This document shows positions 38,460 to 49,201 of a stretch of 64,000 bases of DNA, one piece after another. The translations under genes were made by a program, and so were the position numbers. Source of the DNA: a virus. Within the stretch, counting starts at the first letter, position 1. Every line of letters begins with the position of its first letter. Location: IMG/VR virus record IMGVR_UViG_3300043392_000054, positions 32,001 through 96,000 of that record; one strand, given 5' to 3'. Under the pieces are notes generated by a model. It saw only the letters and a list, made by a program, of their open reading frames with translations. It had not been told where the DNA came from and searched no databases.

Positions 38460-39680
38460 ATGGAAGAAGATATGAAATTAGGAAAACATACATTACTTAT
38501 AGATGGAAATTATTTTATCTATAGCAGATTATTCGTAATGCCAAAACCCAATAAGGGTAAATTATTAGGAGATGAAAAAAGCAAAGGACAATTTCTTCGT
38601 AAATTGTGCATTGACTTTGCATCTGAAATTAGAAAAATGCAACCATTTTTAGATAAGATTGTTTTAACGATTGACTCTAAATCTTGGCGCAAAGACCTTT
38701 TTCCAGAAGCTGAATATAAAGGTACAAGAACTCAAGATGATACAGTTGAATGGGAATCAGTTTATCAGATTTATGAAGAATTTAAAACGGTATTAGCTAA
38801 AAGAGGTGTTATTGTACAACAGGTAAATGGCGCAGAAGCAGACGACTTGTTATTTGCTTGGTCTACTTATTTAAATGCTGCAGGCCAAAACTGCATTGTA
38901 TGGACTGGAGACCGTGACTTGATTCAATTAGTAGATTATTCAAAGGCAACTGATGGCTATACTTTATGGTATTATAACACTAAGAAAAGACTAATTGTAT
39001 TTGAAGGTTTTAATAAAATGATGGGTATGCCTATTGACGAATCTTCTGACAATGATGACTTATTATTTAATCTTGCAAGTAAAACAGCTCTTTTAGAAAA
39101 AGTAAGAGCTGATGTAAATGATTGGATTAAAAAGAATGGCATTGAAATTGAAGAAATCAATTGCGATAACTTTATTTTTCAAAAGATTTTAACAGGCGAT
39201 AAATCAGATAATATTAAATCAGTAGTTACTTGGTCAAAGGGTGGTAGAACCTACAATATTAGTCTTAAACAAGCTGATAAAATCTTAGAACAGTATTTAA
39301 AAGAAGAATCTGTCTTTACAATCGACCACATGTTTAATGAGTCTCAAGTTGACAAAATAGCAGATATAATTTATAGAGTTGTCGGTAATTCTACTAAATC
39401 TCAAATTAAAGCCAGATTTAATCAAAACCTAGATATAATGTTATTACACTATAACACTATTCCAGAAGCGATTCAATCTCAAATGCAAAAAGCTATTGAT
39501 ATTAGCATTGAAATTGAACCAGAATTAAATAGATTAACGCAATTAGAAAAGATTCTTGAGGGAAATCCATGGTTACAAGTTAAATCTGATGTACCTAGTC
39601 AATTTGACCCATTTGAAGGTCTAGAAGATAGTAATAGTTCAACACCATTAACAAAAAAATTAGATGGAGGCTTATTCTAA
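38460..39680 (+). CDS. rnh: 5'-3' exonuclease / RNase H (T4 rnh, FEN family)
   Basis: LIDGNY, YKGTR, EADD, GDRDLIQL, GDKSDNI. Confidence 0.88.
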   Translation: MEEDMKLGKHTLLIDGNYFIYSRLFVMPKPNKGKLLGDEKSKGQFLRKLCIDFASEIRKMQPFLDKIVLTIDSKSWRKDLFPEAEYKGTRTQDDTVEWESVYQIYEEFKTVLAKRGVIVQQVNGAEADDLLFAWSTYLNAAGQNCIVWTGDRDLIQLVDYSKATDGYTLWYYNTKKRLIVFEGFNKMMGMPIDESSDNDDLLFNLASKTALLEKVRADVNDWIKKNGIEIEEINCDNFIFQKILTGDKSDNIKSVVTWSKGGRTYNISLKQADKILEQYLKEESVFTIDHMFNESQVDKIADIIYRVVGNSTKSQIKARFNQNLDIMLLHYNTIPEAIQSQMQKAIDISIEIEPELNRLTQLEKILEGNPWLQVKSDVPSQFDPFEGLEDSNSSTPLTKKLDGGLF

Positions 39681-39837
39681 ATCACTCGAAGATATCGAAA
39701 CAATCGATATGATACTAAATGAAGCTAATGCGTATAATCTAAGAGCAGAAGTTGAAGAATCTGCCCATAAATTAATAGCTGAAGGCATGACAGATGTAAA
39801 TGCGTATGAATGTGCATTTATGGATTGGATTAAATAA
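39664..39837 (+). CDS. Small hypothetical protein, 57 aa (not in the ORF track)
   Basis: MEAYSKSLEDIETIDMILNEA...FMDWIK fills the gap between rnh and the next ORF. Confidence 0.55.
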   Translation: MEAYSKSLEDIETIDMILNEANAYNLRAEVEESAHKLIAEGMTDVNAYECAFMDWIK

Positions 39838-39843
39838 TAAGAT

Positions 39844-40269
39844 ATGTTAGACGAAACAAAATTATTTGACTTTATAAAGATTTTATTTACAAAGCCAAAG
39901 GATTATAAACAAATCAAAAATCATACAAAGAATCGTCATCAGTTTATGGTGAATAGATTTTTTGCTATTAAATTTCCAGCAAATGCGCAATTATTTAATC
40001 TTAACGGTATTAACGGTGCATCAGTCGTTGATTCATGGAGTTTAGTTGCACAAAGATTTACATCAGTTCCAACGTGGATTTATACTAAAACAAAAAAATC
40101 AGCAGCAGCTGAAAATAAAAGCGATTATATACCTAGTGAAGAGGTAATTGACCTTTTTATGCGTAAAAATGAAATAGGCAAAAGAGAATTTAAAGAGCTT
40201 AAGCAATTTGCTCCAGATAAACTTGAAGCTGAACTTAAAAAATTAGAAAAAGCAATTAAAGTTTACTAA
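39844..40269 (+). CDS. Possible clamp loader small subunit (gp62-like)
   Basis: FMVNRFF...WIYTKTKK resembles gp62 (F-x-x-N-R); size and position near gp44 fit. Confidence 0.5.
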   Translation: MLDETKLFDFIKILFTKPKDYKQIKNHTKNRHQFMVNRFFAIKFPANAQLFNLNGINGASVVDSWSLVAQRFTSVPTWIYTKTKKSAAAENKSDYIPSEEVIDLFMRKNEIGKREFKELKQFAPDKLEAELKKLEKAIKVY

Positions 40270-40913
40270 TGGAATTTTCGACATTTAATTCAATCGATAT
40301 TATAGACATTGTTCTATATAAATATAATTATTACGATAATAGATTATGGACAGGTGCCAAGAATCAATTACGTTATATTGAAATTAATCCACAATCTATT
40401 TTAGTTTCTCCAGATGATGTAAAAAAACATTTAGAGGTTACATATCCAAATGAATTAAATAAATTTAAGGCTATTGGTTCTGAGTTTTTACATAAAGAGG
40501 CTAATTCAATCTATTTTATGAATAGATTTTTATATCAAATGCCTAAAATGAAATGGATTAAATTGACTTTAGATAAAAGTAAAAACTATTCTAGAGTTAT
40601 AGGAAATGAATCACAAACGTCTAAATCAATTAATTTTAGCTATAAAGTTTTACATGCAACTGTTAGGCTGTATGATATTTTTTCAGAAGAAGAATTATTA
40701 GCTTTAAATAAAATTTTATTAGAATTAGGTTTATTAGAACCTCATATTCCATATATGAGACACAGTCTAAATGAAATAGTAGACAAATTAGACAATTGGT
40801 TAAATTCAGCGGATGCTGATAATGAAATTGATGTTGTTGCTATTTTATTAGATATGATAGACCCTAAAATGCAAGGTGATAATCCAGAAATATTATTAGT
40901 AACAGACTATTAA
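40269..40913 (+). CDS. Hypothetical protein
   Basis: 214-aa coupled ORF. Confidence 0.6.
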   Translation: MEFSTFNSIDIIDIVLYKYNYYDNRLWTGAKNQLRYIEINPQSILVSPDDVKKHLEVTYPNELNKFKAIGSEFLHKEANSIYFMNRFLYQMPKMKWIKLTLDKSKNYSRVIGNESQTSKSINFSYKVLHATVRLYDIFSEEELLALNKILLELGLLEPHIPYMRHSLNEIVDKLDNWLNSADADNEIDVVAILLDMIDPKMQGDNPEILLVTDY

Positions 40914-40951
40914 TTCTTTTAGATATATAAAAGAAAAGAGTTCTGTTCTCG

Positions 40952-41377
40952 GTGAATATTAAACAAATCATATCGGATTTTGGTAAAAGAGAATCTTTAG
41001 TATACATTACAGTATTATTATGGATAGCCTTTGGTATTTTTGGAGCTTATAAGCAGGCTAATTTTTCACATTTAGCCGCATATTTTGGTTCTTTAACTAC
41101 TTATGTTGCTACTTATATTTGGGCTGAATCAAAACGCCCAAGCGATAAAACTAGTGTATTTAAACCAGGTCCAAGTTCAAGAAGAGAAATAATGATATAT
41201 GTTATAGTTGTATTATGGGCTATAGCTGGTGTTATTGGTATAGAATTTGGTGCAAACATTAATGATTTAGCAATTTATTTCATGGCATTAACTGGATTTA
41301 TAGCGTCATGGATTGCAGGAGAAGTTTATACACCTCAGGATTCTTTAAAAGAATATCTAAATCCTAAAAAAGATTAA
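40952..41377 (+). CDS. Four-TM membrane protein, holin candidate
   Basis: Two similar hydrophobic hairpins; GATATATA at 40922; GTG start. Confidence 0.5.
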   Translation: MNIKQIISDFGKRESLVYITVLLWIAFGIFGAYKQANFSHLAAYFGSLTTYVATYIWAESKRPSDKTSVFKPGPSSRREIMIYVIVVLWAIAGVIGIEFGANINDLAIYFMALTGFIASWIAGEVYTPQDSLKEYLNPKKD

Positions 41378-41381
41378 AATT

Positions 41382-43322
41382 ATGGTTAGAGGTAGCACAG
41401 CTAATGAGTATGGAGATTATTTAATTGCATCTATTCAAGACCCGTATACTGACGTTGTACGAGTTTTAGATTGGCAAATATTAGCTGGACTTTCAGATTC
41501 TACAACAGTAGGAACTATTAGTTTAGTAAGAGGCAGTAAAATAGTTAATGGATTAGCAACTAACTTTTCTAATTTAAATAATGGTGATTTTATTATTGTA
41601 GGTAACTTAAAACTAGAGGTTGACCAAATAGTCGATACACATAAGTTATTGTTAGTTAATAATGCACCTACAACTGTAACTAATGTTCAATTTTTTAGAG
41701 AACAAAATGACTATAATAACTTTACATACGAGTTTAGATTTTCTAAAGATGGTAAAGTTTATAATGAATTTCATGAATTAAATAAGCAAAATGACTTTGG
41801 TGATATAATGTCAATGGAGTTTAATCCTAGAGAAAAATTATATCTAGACGTAAAAGCTGAGGTTAATATTATTCAACCTGGTAATTCAATAACTTTAATT
41901 GCAGTAACATATACATTAGAAAAAGATAATGGTATTGTTGATTCATGTCCTCAACTATGTTTAGATTGTACAGACCCATTCTTATACACAGGTTGTGCTA
42001 ATATTAGAGTTGATTGCGAATACGATAATCTTTTTAATCCTTATAATTTAAATAAGGCTCAACAGGTTTATTTACAAATGTCTAATTTAGTTAATGATAT
42101 ATTTGGACATAAGGTGACCTATTTTAAAACTGAGCCAGACCAAAGAACAAAAGATGTTATTTTAATGGAATACTCTCTATTTGATGTAGTAGACCAAAAA
42201 GACATTAAGATATTAGTGCCAGATAATGAATTCCCACAAGAGTCAACTATTTCCTATGATATGTTTGGTATGGATTTTGAAGAATTTGAGATTCATATCG
42301 TAAGAAAGGAATTTGAAACAGCATTTGGATATAAAGCGTATCCAAGAGCAAAGGACTATATGTATATTCCAATTATCAATAAAATGTATTCGGTTAGTTC
42401 AGTTGCCTTAGGTGACCGTTTTAATGCTGCTAAATCTTATTGGAAAGTTAAACTAACTAAATATAGTGATAATAATGCGATTGACCCAGATGGATTTGAT
42501 TTAGCTACTGACGAATTAATTACAGGTATTGATGAAATATTTGGTGCAGAAATTCAAGATGCGTATGACAAAGATACACATCCACAGCAATTTCAAACAG
42601 TTTCAACTGCATATAGAGATGGAATTAGAACATTTATGGAAAAGAACTTATCAATTGTAGATTATGACCTTAAAAATAGATGGACTGTTGTCTCTAAAAA
42701 TTATTATGATTTAACTAAAGTTGAAAGAGGTGAAGTAGCAATTGAATATGCTAAAATGAGTAAATTAAGCAATACTGAAAATTTTGCTATTACAGTATGG
42801 CTTCAACCTCAATTTCCAAATGGGTATGCTGCCGATGAATTTGTATTTGGTGACTATGATGGAATGCTAGGATTTAGAACTACTCTTTCTCCTCAAGAAT
42901 TTAAGGTTACTATTAATAATATTCAATATTCATTTACACATGGCCTTACATTCTCGACTTCAAAATGGTATGCATTTATCTTAAATGGTAGTAATGACTT
43001 TAAACAATTATCACTATACATATATTCATTAGACCCTGCTATTAATTTTAATAGACCTCAATTAGGAGATAATGACCTAGTATATGAGTTTAATGAAACT
43101 AAATCAGTTACGCAAGCATTTGTATGGGATTCTAATACACATTATAATATTAGAGGCGGTAAATTATTATTAACCAACTTAAGATTATTTAAGACTCCGA
43201 TTGAATTTGAACAGCATCACAATGTCTTAAATCAATATATGGTTAGAGATTCACAGCAAGCTCTTATTATTGATAATGCAATTCCTTCTATCGGATACCA
43301 GAAGTTCAAAAATGCTCGTTAA
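41382..43322 (+). CDS. Neck protein (gp14-like) with extra N- and C-terminal domains
   Basis: IFGHKVTYF, DVILMEY, FGMDFE, YPRAKDYMYIPIINKMY resemble gp14; beta-sandwich-like C-terminus. Confidence 0.6.
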   Translation: MVRGSTANEYGDYLIASIQDPYTDVVRVLDWQILAGLSDSTTVGTISLVRGSKIVNGLATNFSNLNNGDFIIVGNLKLEVDQIVDTHKLLLVNNAPTTVTNVQFFREQNDYNNFTYEFRFSKDGKVYNEFHELNKQNDFGDIMSMEFNPREKLYLDVKAEVNIIQPGNSITLIAVTYTLEKDNGIVDSCPQLCLDCTDPFLYTGCANIRVDCEYDNLFNPYNLNKAQQVYLQMSNLVNDIFGHKVTYFKTEPDQRTKDVILMEYSLFDVVDQKDIKILVPDNEFPQESTISYDMFGMDFEEFEIHIVRKEFETAFGYKAYPRAKDYMYIPIINKMYSVSSVALGDRFNAAKSYWKVKLTKYSDNNAIDPDGFDLATDELITGIDEIFGAEIQDAYDKDTHPQQFQTVSTAYRDGIRTFMEKNLSIVDYDLKNRWTVVSKNYYDLTKVERGEVAIEYAKMSKLSNTENFAITVWLQPQFPNGYAADEFVFGDYDGMLGFRTTLSPQEFKVTINNIQYSFTHGLTFSTSKWYAFILNGSNDFKQLSLYIYSLDPAINFNRPQLGDNDLVYEFNETKSVTQAFVWDSNTHYNIRGGKLLLTNLRLFKTPIEFEQHHNVLNQYMVRDSQQALIIDNAIPSIGYQKFKNAR

Positions 43323-43360
43323 TTTTTGTTGATATATAATCTGAAATAATATTATATTAT

Positions 43361-44035
43361 ATGTCAGAAGAAAAGAAACGAACGATTAGCGAACAAGCTG
43401 ATGATATTCGAAAAGAATTAGATGAATTAATCGGTTTAGATGAAACCCCAATTTCAGATATTGCAATAAAAGACCCAGCTCTACCTTCAGTTAGAGATAG
43501 AGCACCTATTTCATTTACTAATATGAAAAGCGGTGCTACTGCAAAAGCTAAGAAGACAATTAATGCTTTAATGAAATTCTATCTAGATGCAGACATCATA
43601 GAAAAAGATGAATACATTGTAGCAAAAAGAGAAATTGATGAAATGACAATGTCTTCATTAGTATATCAATTACAAGCTGGAGAAGTTGCATTAACAAGAT
43701 TACTAGAAACTATCGATGACGGTGAATTAGCCCCAAGAATGTTTGAAGTACTTGCTACATTACAAAAATCAATGCTTGATATTATCAAATCTCAGACCAT
43801 GTATCTAATGGCAACTGAAGAATCTACTAAAAGAATAGCAAGAGACATTGAACTATACAGAAAAAATGTTGATAAGCAAGAGATTATTGAAGCGGGTGGT
43901 TCAACTGATAATGGAAATGTTCAACGTGGAACAAAAGATTTAATGAGATTAATTCAACAAGCTAAAAGCGTAAATACTGGAGAAGAATTTGAGGAAACAA
44001 CAGCTGAAGATGTTGAAATAAACGAAGAAGATTAA
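43361..44035 (+). CDS. Probable small terminase subunit (gp16 position)
   Basis: Helical protein directly upstream of the large terminase; GATATATA at 43331. Confidence 0.55.
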   Translation: MSEEKKRTISEQADDIRKELDELIGLDETPISDIAIKDPALPSVRDRAPISFTNMKSGATAKAKKTINALMKFYLDADIIEKDEYIVAKREIDEMTMSSLVYQLQAGEVALTRLLETIDDGELAPRMFEVLATLQKSMLDIIKSQTMYLMATEESTKRIARDIELYRKNVDKQEIIEAGGSTDNGNVQRGTKDLMRLIQQAKSVNTGEEFEETTAEDVEINEED

Positions 44036-44037
44036 TT

Positions 44038-45867
44038 ATGGCAGAGAACGCAAGTGATAACGTTTGGATTCCCAAGGGTTCAGGTGAAGAATCTTCAACT
44101 ACTAAACTAGTTTGGTCTTCAAAAAACGTTAAGGATTATATAATAGCAATTGACAAGGGTTATAAACCTAATGTTAGTTCACCTTTTTATGAAGGTAAAC
44201 AACATTTACGTAAAGGTAATATTGTCTTTGAATATACAGATGCTGAAATTCAAGAAATAACAAGATGCGCAAATGATATTGTTTATTTTGCAGAAAAGTA
44301 TGCTGTAGTAATGACCGATGATGGTATAAAAAAGGTAAAACTTAGAGAATACCAAAAAACAATGTTAAAAAATCTACAGGATAATAGATTTAACATTGTT
44401 TTAGCATCAAGACAGATGGGTAAAACTGTAACATCTTCTATTTTCAATGCTTGGTTTATTACATTTAATTTTGATAAAAATACTCTGCTTTTAGCCAATA
44501 AAGCTGATTCAACAAAGGAAATTATTGATAAGGCTAAGGTTGTTATAGAACATTTACCTTTCTATATGAAACCTGGAATTATTAAGTATGACGTAATGAA
44601 CGTTAGGGCTGATAATGGTTGTCGTTTAGTGGGTCAATCAACCACTGCCAAAGCCGGTATCGGTTTTACTATTCATAATCTGTATCTTGATGAGTTTGCC
44701 CATATTCCACCAAATATCGTAGATGTATTCTATGAGAACGTTTATCCTACTCTTTCTTCTTCGAAGATTTCTCGTATCAATATTACATCAACTCCAAACG
44801 GATTTAATAAGTTCTATGAAATTTGGTCAGCTGCAGAAAAGGGTGATAACGCATATACACCATTAAGAATTGACTGGTGGCAACATCCAGACCGAGATGA
44901 TGCATGGTATCAAAGAGAACTTAGAAACTTAGGTTCTGAAGAGGCATTTAATAGACAGTACGGTAATGAATTCGTAAGTTCATCTACTCTATTATTATCA
45001 CCGGGCTCAATGGCTCAAATGAGAAAGAAAGCAAAGAAGTTTATTTACCATGAACTAGAAGAATTCGATAATATTCACATAGATGTAAAGGGCTTTTTAG
45101 GATTTCACCCTGGCTTTGATATAGAGAATGCTAGAAGTGAAGACCATAGATTTTTATTTTCAGTCGATATTGCTGAAGGAAATGGAGGAGATTATTCTGT
45201 AATTAATGTGTTTGAAATTGAACCAATGACTAAAAAGCACATTGATAATATTCAAAACCCAGGTGCGATGTATGATTTCTTTAGAATGAATCAAATTGCA
45301 GTGTTTAGGTCAAATGAGCACGTAATTGAAGACTTTGCAAAGATACTTTATACATTAGCATGTGAGGTCTTTAACCCTGAATCAGTTAAAATGATTATAG
45401 AATTTAACACGTATGGTTCTATCTTAATGAAATATTTACAAACCGTATTTCCTCAAAGAAATGAATTTGAAGATGATATGGTTTTAAGATTTAAGCATAG
45501 ACACGATAGCAAAGGTTTAAATTTTGGAATTAGACTTAAAGCTGATAATAAATCAGTATTTTGTCAAAACTTTAAAAAATTAATAGAACAAAATAGACTA
45601 TTTATTAATGAAGTAGAAACAGTTAATGAAGCATCTCTTTTTGGTACTCTTAAAAATGGAAGTTATGGAGCTCAAATGGGTCACGACGATACAGTTATGA
45701 CAGCTATTTGTGCAACTGAATTTTATAGTACAACTGATTATGCAGATTACGTTGAAGAATTACTAGATATTATAGATGAAGACTTACATGATTATATGGA
45801 ATCTGTTTTATACAGAGATAATGATAGCCAAGGAGACTTACAATATGATATTTATGACCTAGTATAA
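44038..45867 (+). CDS. Large terminase (gp17)
   Basis: SRQMGKT Walker A, YLDEFAH Walker B, STPNG, SVDIAEG, GHDDTV nuclease motifs. Confidence 0.95.
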   Translation: MAENASDNVWIPKGSGEESSTTKLVWSSKNVKDYIIAIDKGYKPNVSSPFYEGKQHLRKGNIVFEYTDAEIQEITRCANDIVYFAEKYAVVMTDDGIKKVKLREYQKTMLKNLQDNRFNIVLASRQMGKTVTSSIFNAWFITFNFDKNTLLLANKADSTKEIIDKAKVVIEHLPFYMKPGIIKYDVMNVRADNGCRLVGQSTTAKAGIGFTIHNLYLDEFAHIPPNIVDVFYENVYPTLSSSKISRINITSTPNGFNKFYEIWSAAEKGDNAYTPLRIDWWQHPDRDDAWYQRELRNLGSEEAFNRQYGNEFVSSSTLLLSPGSMAQMRKKAKKFIYHELEEFDNIHIDVKGFLGFHPGFDIENARSEDHRFLFSVDIAEGNGGDYSVINVFEIEPMTKKHIDNIQNPGAMYDFFRMNQIAVFRSNEHVIEDFAKILYTLACEVFNPESVKMIIEFNTYGSILMKYLQTVFPQRNEFEDDMVLRFKHRHDSKGLNFGIRLKADNKSVFCQNFKKLIEQNRLFINEVETVNEASLFGTLKNGSYGAQMGHDDTVMTAICATEFYSTTDYADYVEELLDIIDEDLHDYMESVLYRDNDSQGDLQYDIYDLV

Positions 45868-45925
45868 TATAATTTCATAATAAGCATAGATATATAGAAT
45901 ATAAAAAAAATAATACTCAAAAATT

Positions 45926-48526
45926 ATGGCACTTAGTCCTCAATTAGCGAACTTTAAAAGCTCAGGTGTGTACAGATTAGAATTTGATAAATCTATCACA
46001 ACTAGCTTTAATACGCAAACACTTAGACTGGTAGTTGGTCACTCTAAAAAGGGTCCTTACAATACTCCAGTACTTTGCCAAACTGCAGAAGAATTTAATG
46101 CAGTGTTTGGTTCAATTGATTTAAATTTAGAGAAAAAAGGTATGTTCTTTCACAGATCGGCATTAGCTGCTTTAGGAAGAGGTGCTATTTTAGCTCTAAA
46201 CTTAGCAAATATCGACGAAGATGATACAGTTTCATACCAATCATTAGTAACTAATGGTTCAAAAGATTCTATTTCTGCTAACTCTGGTTCAAAAGAATAT
46301 TCAAGCATTTTTAATGTTGATAAATTTTGGTTCCCAGAAGATAAAGAAGTTATCAATTCAATCGGAGCTGATTCTGATAGAATTTTAAATTTAGTTAATA
46401 TTAAGCAAGAACCTATTACGGTTATCGTAAGAAAGGCACAAGATGTTGCTCAATTTGATATTTCTGCAAGAGAATGGTATGGTCAAGGTAATGTACCAGC
46501 ATTCTTAAATGATTTTGATTACTTATCAGATTTCATGGTAGATGTATTTGTATTTAAAGGAGAATTTGATGCAGCTACATTAGATACAGACCCAGTTTAC
46601 GGTGCATATTTCACTGCTGATGGTTTAATCAAGGCTAAATTAAATGAATTTGCAAACTTAAGACAAGTTTCTTTAATTGCAAAATATACAGGTTCAGTAA
46701 TTCCAGGTTTTAAAGACTTAGAAGGTAGAAACTTATACATTGAAACTGCAATTAATCAAGAAGCAAGAAGAACAGGTTTATTCTGCGCAATTAACGAAGA
46801 TGCTGTAACTGATATTACAGGTACTAAAGTTGATTTCATTGGTCACAACTATGATGATAACCAAGATTACAACTTATTATCTTACAAAGCAACTCAAACA
46901 GTTAACGACCTTTCTATTGTTTTACCAGCAGCGGCTAATAACGGTGGAGATGCAGTAATTACAAGTTTACACACTACTTCTGTTGCAAATGATACATTAC
47001 ATATTGAAAACTTAGATTTAACTGGTACTATTACAACTGGTCAATTATTCTTAAGTGCATCTACTCCAGGTGAATATGTTCAAATTACACACGTTGAATA
47101 TACAGCTGGTGTATTTATTGTAACTGCAAACGGAGCAATTGCTTCATCATACGCAGGTATTGATACTACTTCTGCAGCATCAAGCTTACCATATTTTACT
47201 TTATCAGCTTCTAAATTTGTTCATTACTTCATGACAGCTGGAGCGGTTCAAGGTACTTATGCTAATATCGGTGGTGGTCAATTTACAATGACATTTGATA
47301 TGACTGGTCATACTTCAACTGCAATCAACTTCCCAATTAAAAAGGGTAACTTTGTTAATGCGGCTGCAGCTGGAAGAGTTGCAAGAGTTAAAAGAGTTCA
47401 AGAAACAATTAACGGAAATGTTCATACATTTACAGTAACATGTGACCAACCAGTTGCAGATACTTGGGCATACCACTTTGTTCTTTCTTTTGAAGAAGCA
47501 TCTTCAGTTTATAAGACTTTTGTTTTAGGAAAAGCATCAGTTGGTGAAAAATCTATCTCAGGTGTTCTTTCTCAATTATCAGGTACTAATTTATTTAATG
47601 CTTTAATTGATAAAGATTTAATCGATTACAGATATATCGTAGATACGTTTGGTTCATTAGAAAATGGTGGAATTTTAAATAAGAGAGAATTATCATTCTT
47701 AGCACACGAAAGACAAAATGCTTCTGCAATCTTAAATGCTCCAATGATTAAAGATTTCAAAGCATCTACTAATCCATCTTTCAAAGATGCAAGCGGTGCA
47801 TTCCAAACTGAATACGTTGCTTCAGGTGGTAATTTAGATATGAATCCAAATGCTCTTTATTCTTTACCTTCTATTAATGACGGTGCAAACTTCGCATTCT
47901 ATTATGGTCCAGGTTTAGTAGTAAGAGAAAATGGTAAGGACGTTATTGTTCCTCCAGCTGCTTACGTATCTAATAACTATGTTGATAAATTCTTTAACGC
48001 TTTACCATGGTCAATCGTTGCAGGTCCAAGAAGAGGAGTTGTTTCAGGTGCTAATGTAGTTGGTGTTGAATATCCATTTGCAAAAGCGGATAGAGATATT
48101 TTAGAACCATTTGGTATTAACCCAATCGTATTCCAAAGAGGTGCAGGTTTAACTATCACTGGTAATAAAACAGCTCAACAATCTATTCAATCAGCTTTAT
48201 CTTCAGCTCACGTAAGAGAAGTATTAATCTACATTGAAGAAGGTTTAGCTAAAATCTTAAAGAACTACGTATTTGAATTTAATACAGCTCAAACAAGATT
48301 AGAGATTAAAACTTTAGCAGATTCATTTATGAATTCATTAAAGGCAGATGGCGGTGTTTACGACTTTAAAAACGTAATGGACCAAACTAATAATACAAAT
48401 GATGTAATTGATAATAACATCGGTATTTTAGATACATTTGTTGAACCAGTTAAAGGTTTAGAAATTGTAGTACAGAGAACAACAGTATTAAATACTGGAG
48501 AAATTCAAACTGGAAACTTTTCTTAA
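45926..48526 (+). CDS. Contractile tail sheath (gp18)
   Basis: SSGVYRLEFD, GHSKKGP, VPPAAYV, AGPRRG, INPIV; GATATATA at 45889. Confidence 0.92.
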   Translation: MALSPQLANFKSSGVYRLEFDKSITTSFNTQTLRLVVGHSKKGPYNTPVLCQTAEEFNAVFGSIDLNLEKKGMFFHRSALAALGRGAILALNLANIDEDDTVSYQSLVTNGSKDSISANSGSKEYSSIFNVDKFWFPEDKEVINSIGADSDRILNLVNIKQEPITVIVRKAQDVAQFDISAREWYGQGNVPAFLNDFDYLSDFMVDVFVFKGEFDAATLDTDPVYGAYFTADGLIKAKLNEFANLRQVSLIAKYTGSVIPGFKDLEGRNLYIETAINQEARRTGLFCAINEDAVTDITGTKVDFIGHNYDDNQDYNLLSYKATQTVNDLSIVLPAAANNGGDAVITSLHTTSVANDTLHIENLDLTGTITTGQLFLSASTPGEYVQITHVEYTAGVFIVTANGAIASSYAGIDTTSAASSLPYFTLSASKFVHYFMTAGAVQGTYANIGGGQFTMTFDMTGHTSTAINFPIKKGNFVNAAAAGRVARVKRVQETINGNVHTFTVTCDQPVADTWAYHFVLSFEEASSVYKTFVLGKASVGEKSISGVLSQLSGTNLFNALIDKDLIDYRYIVDTFGSLENGGILNKRELSFLAHERQNASAILNAPMIKDFKASTNPSFKDASGAFQTEYVASGGNLDMNPNALYSLPSINDGANFAFYYGPGLVVRENGKDVIVPPAAYVSNNYVDKFFNALPWSIVAGPRRGVVSGANVVGVEYPFAKADRDILEPFGINPIVFQRGAGLTITGNKTAQQSIQSALSSAHVREVLIYIEEGLAKILKNYVFEFNTAQTRLEIKTLADSFMNSLKADGGVYDFKNVMDQTNNTNDVIDNNIGILDTFVEPVKGLEIVVQRTTVLNTGEIQTGNFS

Positions 48527-48556
48527 TAAATAGATAAAAAATAAAACACATACAAA

Positions 48557-49111
48557 ATGGCTTTACCACATTATTCACAAGACCAGACTTCTAAGAAGGG
48601 TATGCAGTACGAACCGGTACAGGCAAACCTATTTGAAGTGACAATCTTACCTCCTGCTGGTGTTGCTGGTTCTTCTTTATTATTACAACACGTTAACAAG
48701 ATTAGCGGTTTAAATCTTTACAAAGAAATTTCAGCAGTTGAACAAAAATATAAATTCTCTAAAAGAACTTTCGCTGGCATGCCAGATGAAACAACTTTAG
48801 ATGTTGCTATTGAGTTCTCATTAAACTTAAATGATTCTAATCAAGCTTATCTTTATAAGACTCTTAGAGCATGGTATAACAAGCAATATGACCCACAAAC
48901 AGGTGTTATGGGTCTTAAAAAGGATTACACTGGAACTATCGTAGTTGTTCAATATAACAGAGCAGGTGATATTTACAGAACAATCACTTTAGAAGATTGC
49001 TTTATCACTTCAGGTTTACCTTTCACAGAAGAGTTAAACTATGAGACAACTGATGCTCAATTATTAGAAGTTACTTGGAAAGTAAATACTTTCAAAGAAG
49101 TTTTAGCTTAA
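48557..49111 (+). CDS. Tail tube protein (gp19)
   Basis: NLFEV, YKFSKRTFAG, LRAW, LEDCF; follows the sheath gene. Confidence 0.85.
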   Translation: MALPHYSQDQTSKKGMQYEPVQANLFEVTILPPAGVAGSSLLLQHVNKISGLNLYKEISAVEQKYKFSKRTFAGMPDETTLDVAIEFSLNLNDSNQAYLYKTLRAWYNKQYDPQTGVMGLKKDYTGTIVVVQYNRAGDIYRTITLEDCFITSGLPFTEELNYETTDAQLLEVTWKVNTFKEVLA

Positions 49112-49125
49112 TTTTAAATTTATAA

Positions 49126-49159
49126 AAAAAGAGGGTGAATATTTTCATCCTCTCTTTTT
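49126..49159 (+). terminator. Terminator after the tail tube gene
   Basis: GAGGGTGAA-TATT-TTCATCCTC plus a T run. Confidence 0.8.
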
Positions 49160-49201
49160 GTCACAAATATATATAATATATTATTAATATAATCATAACA
49201 A

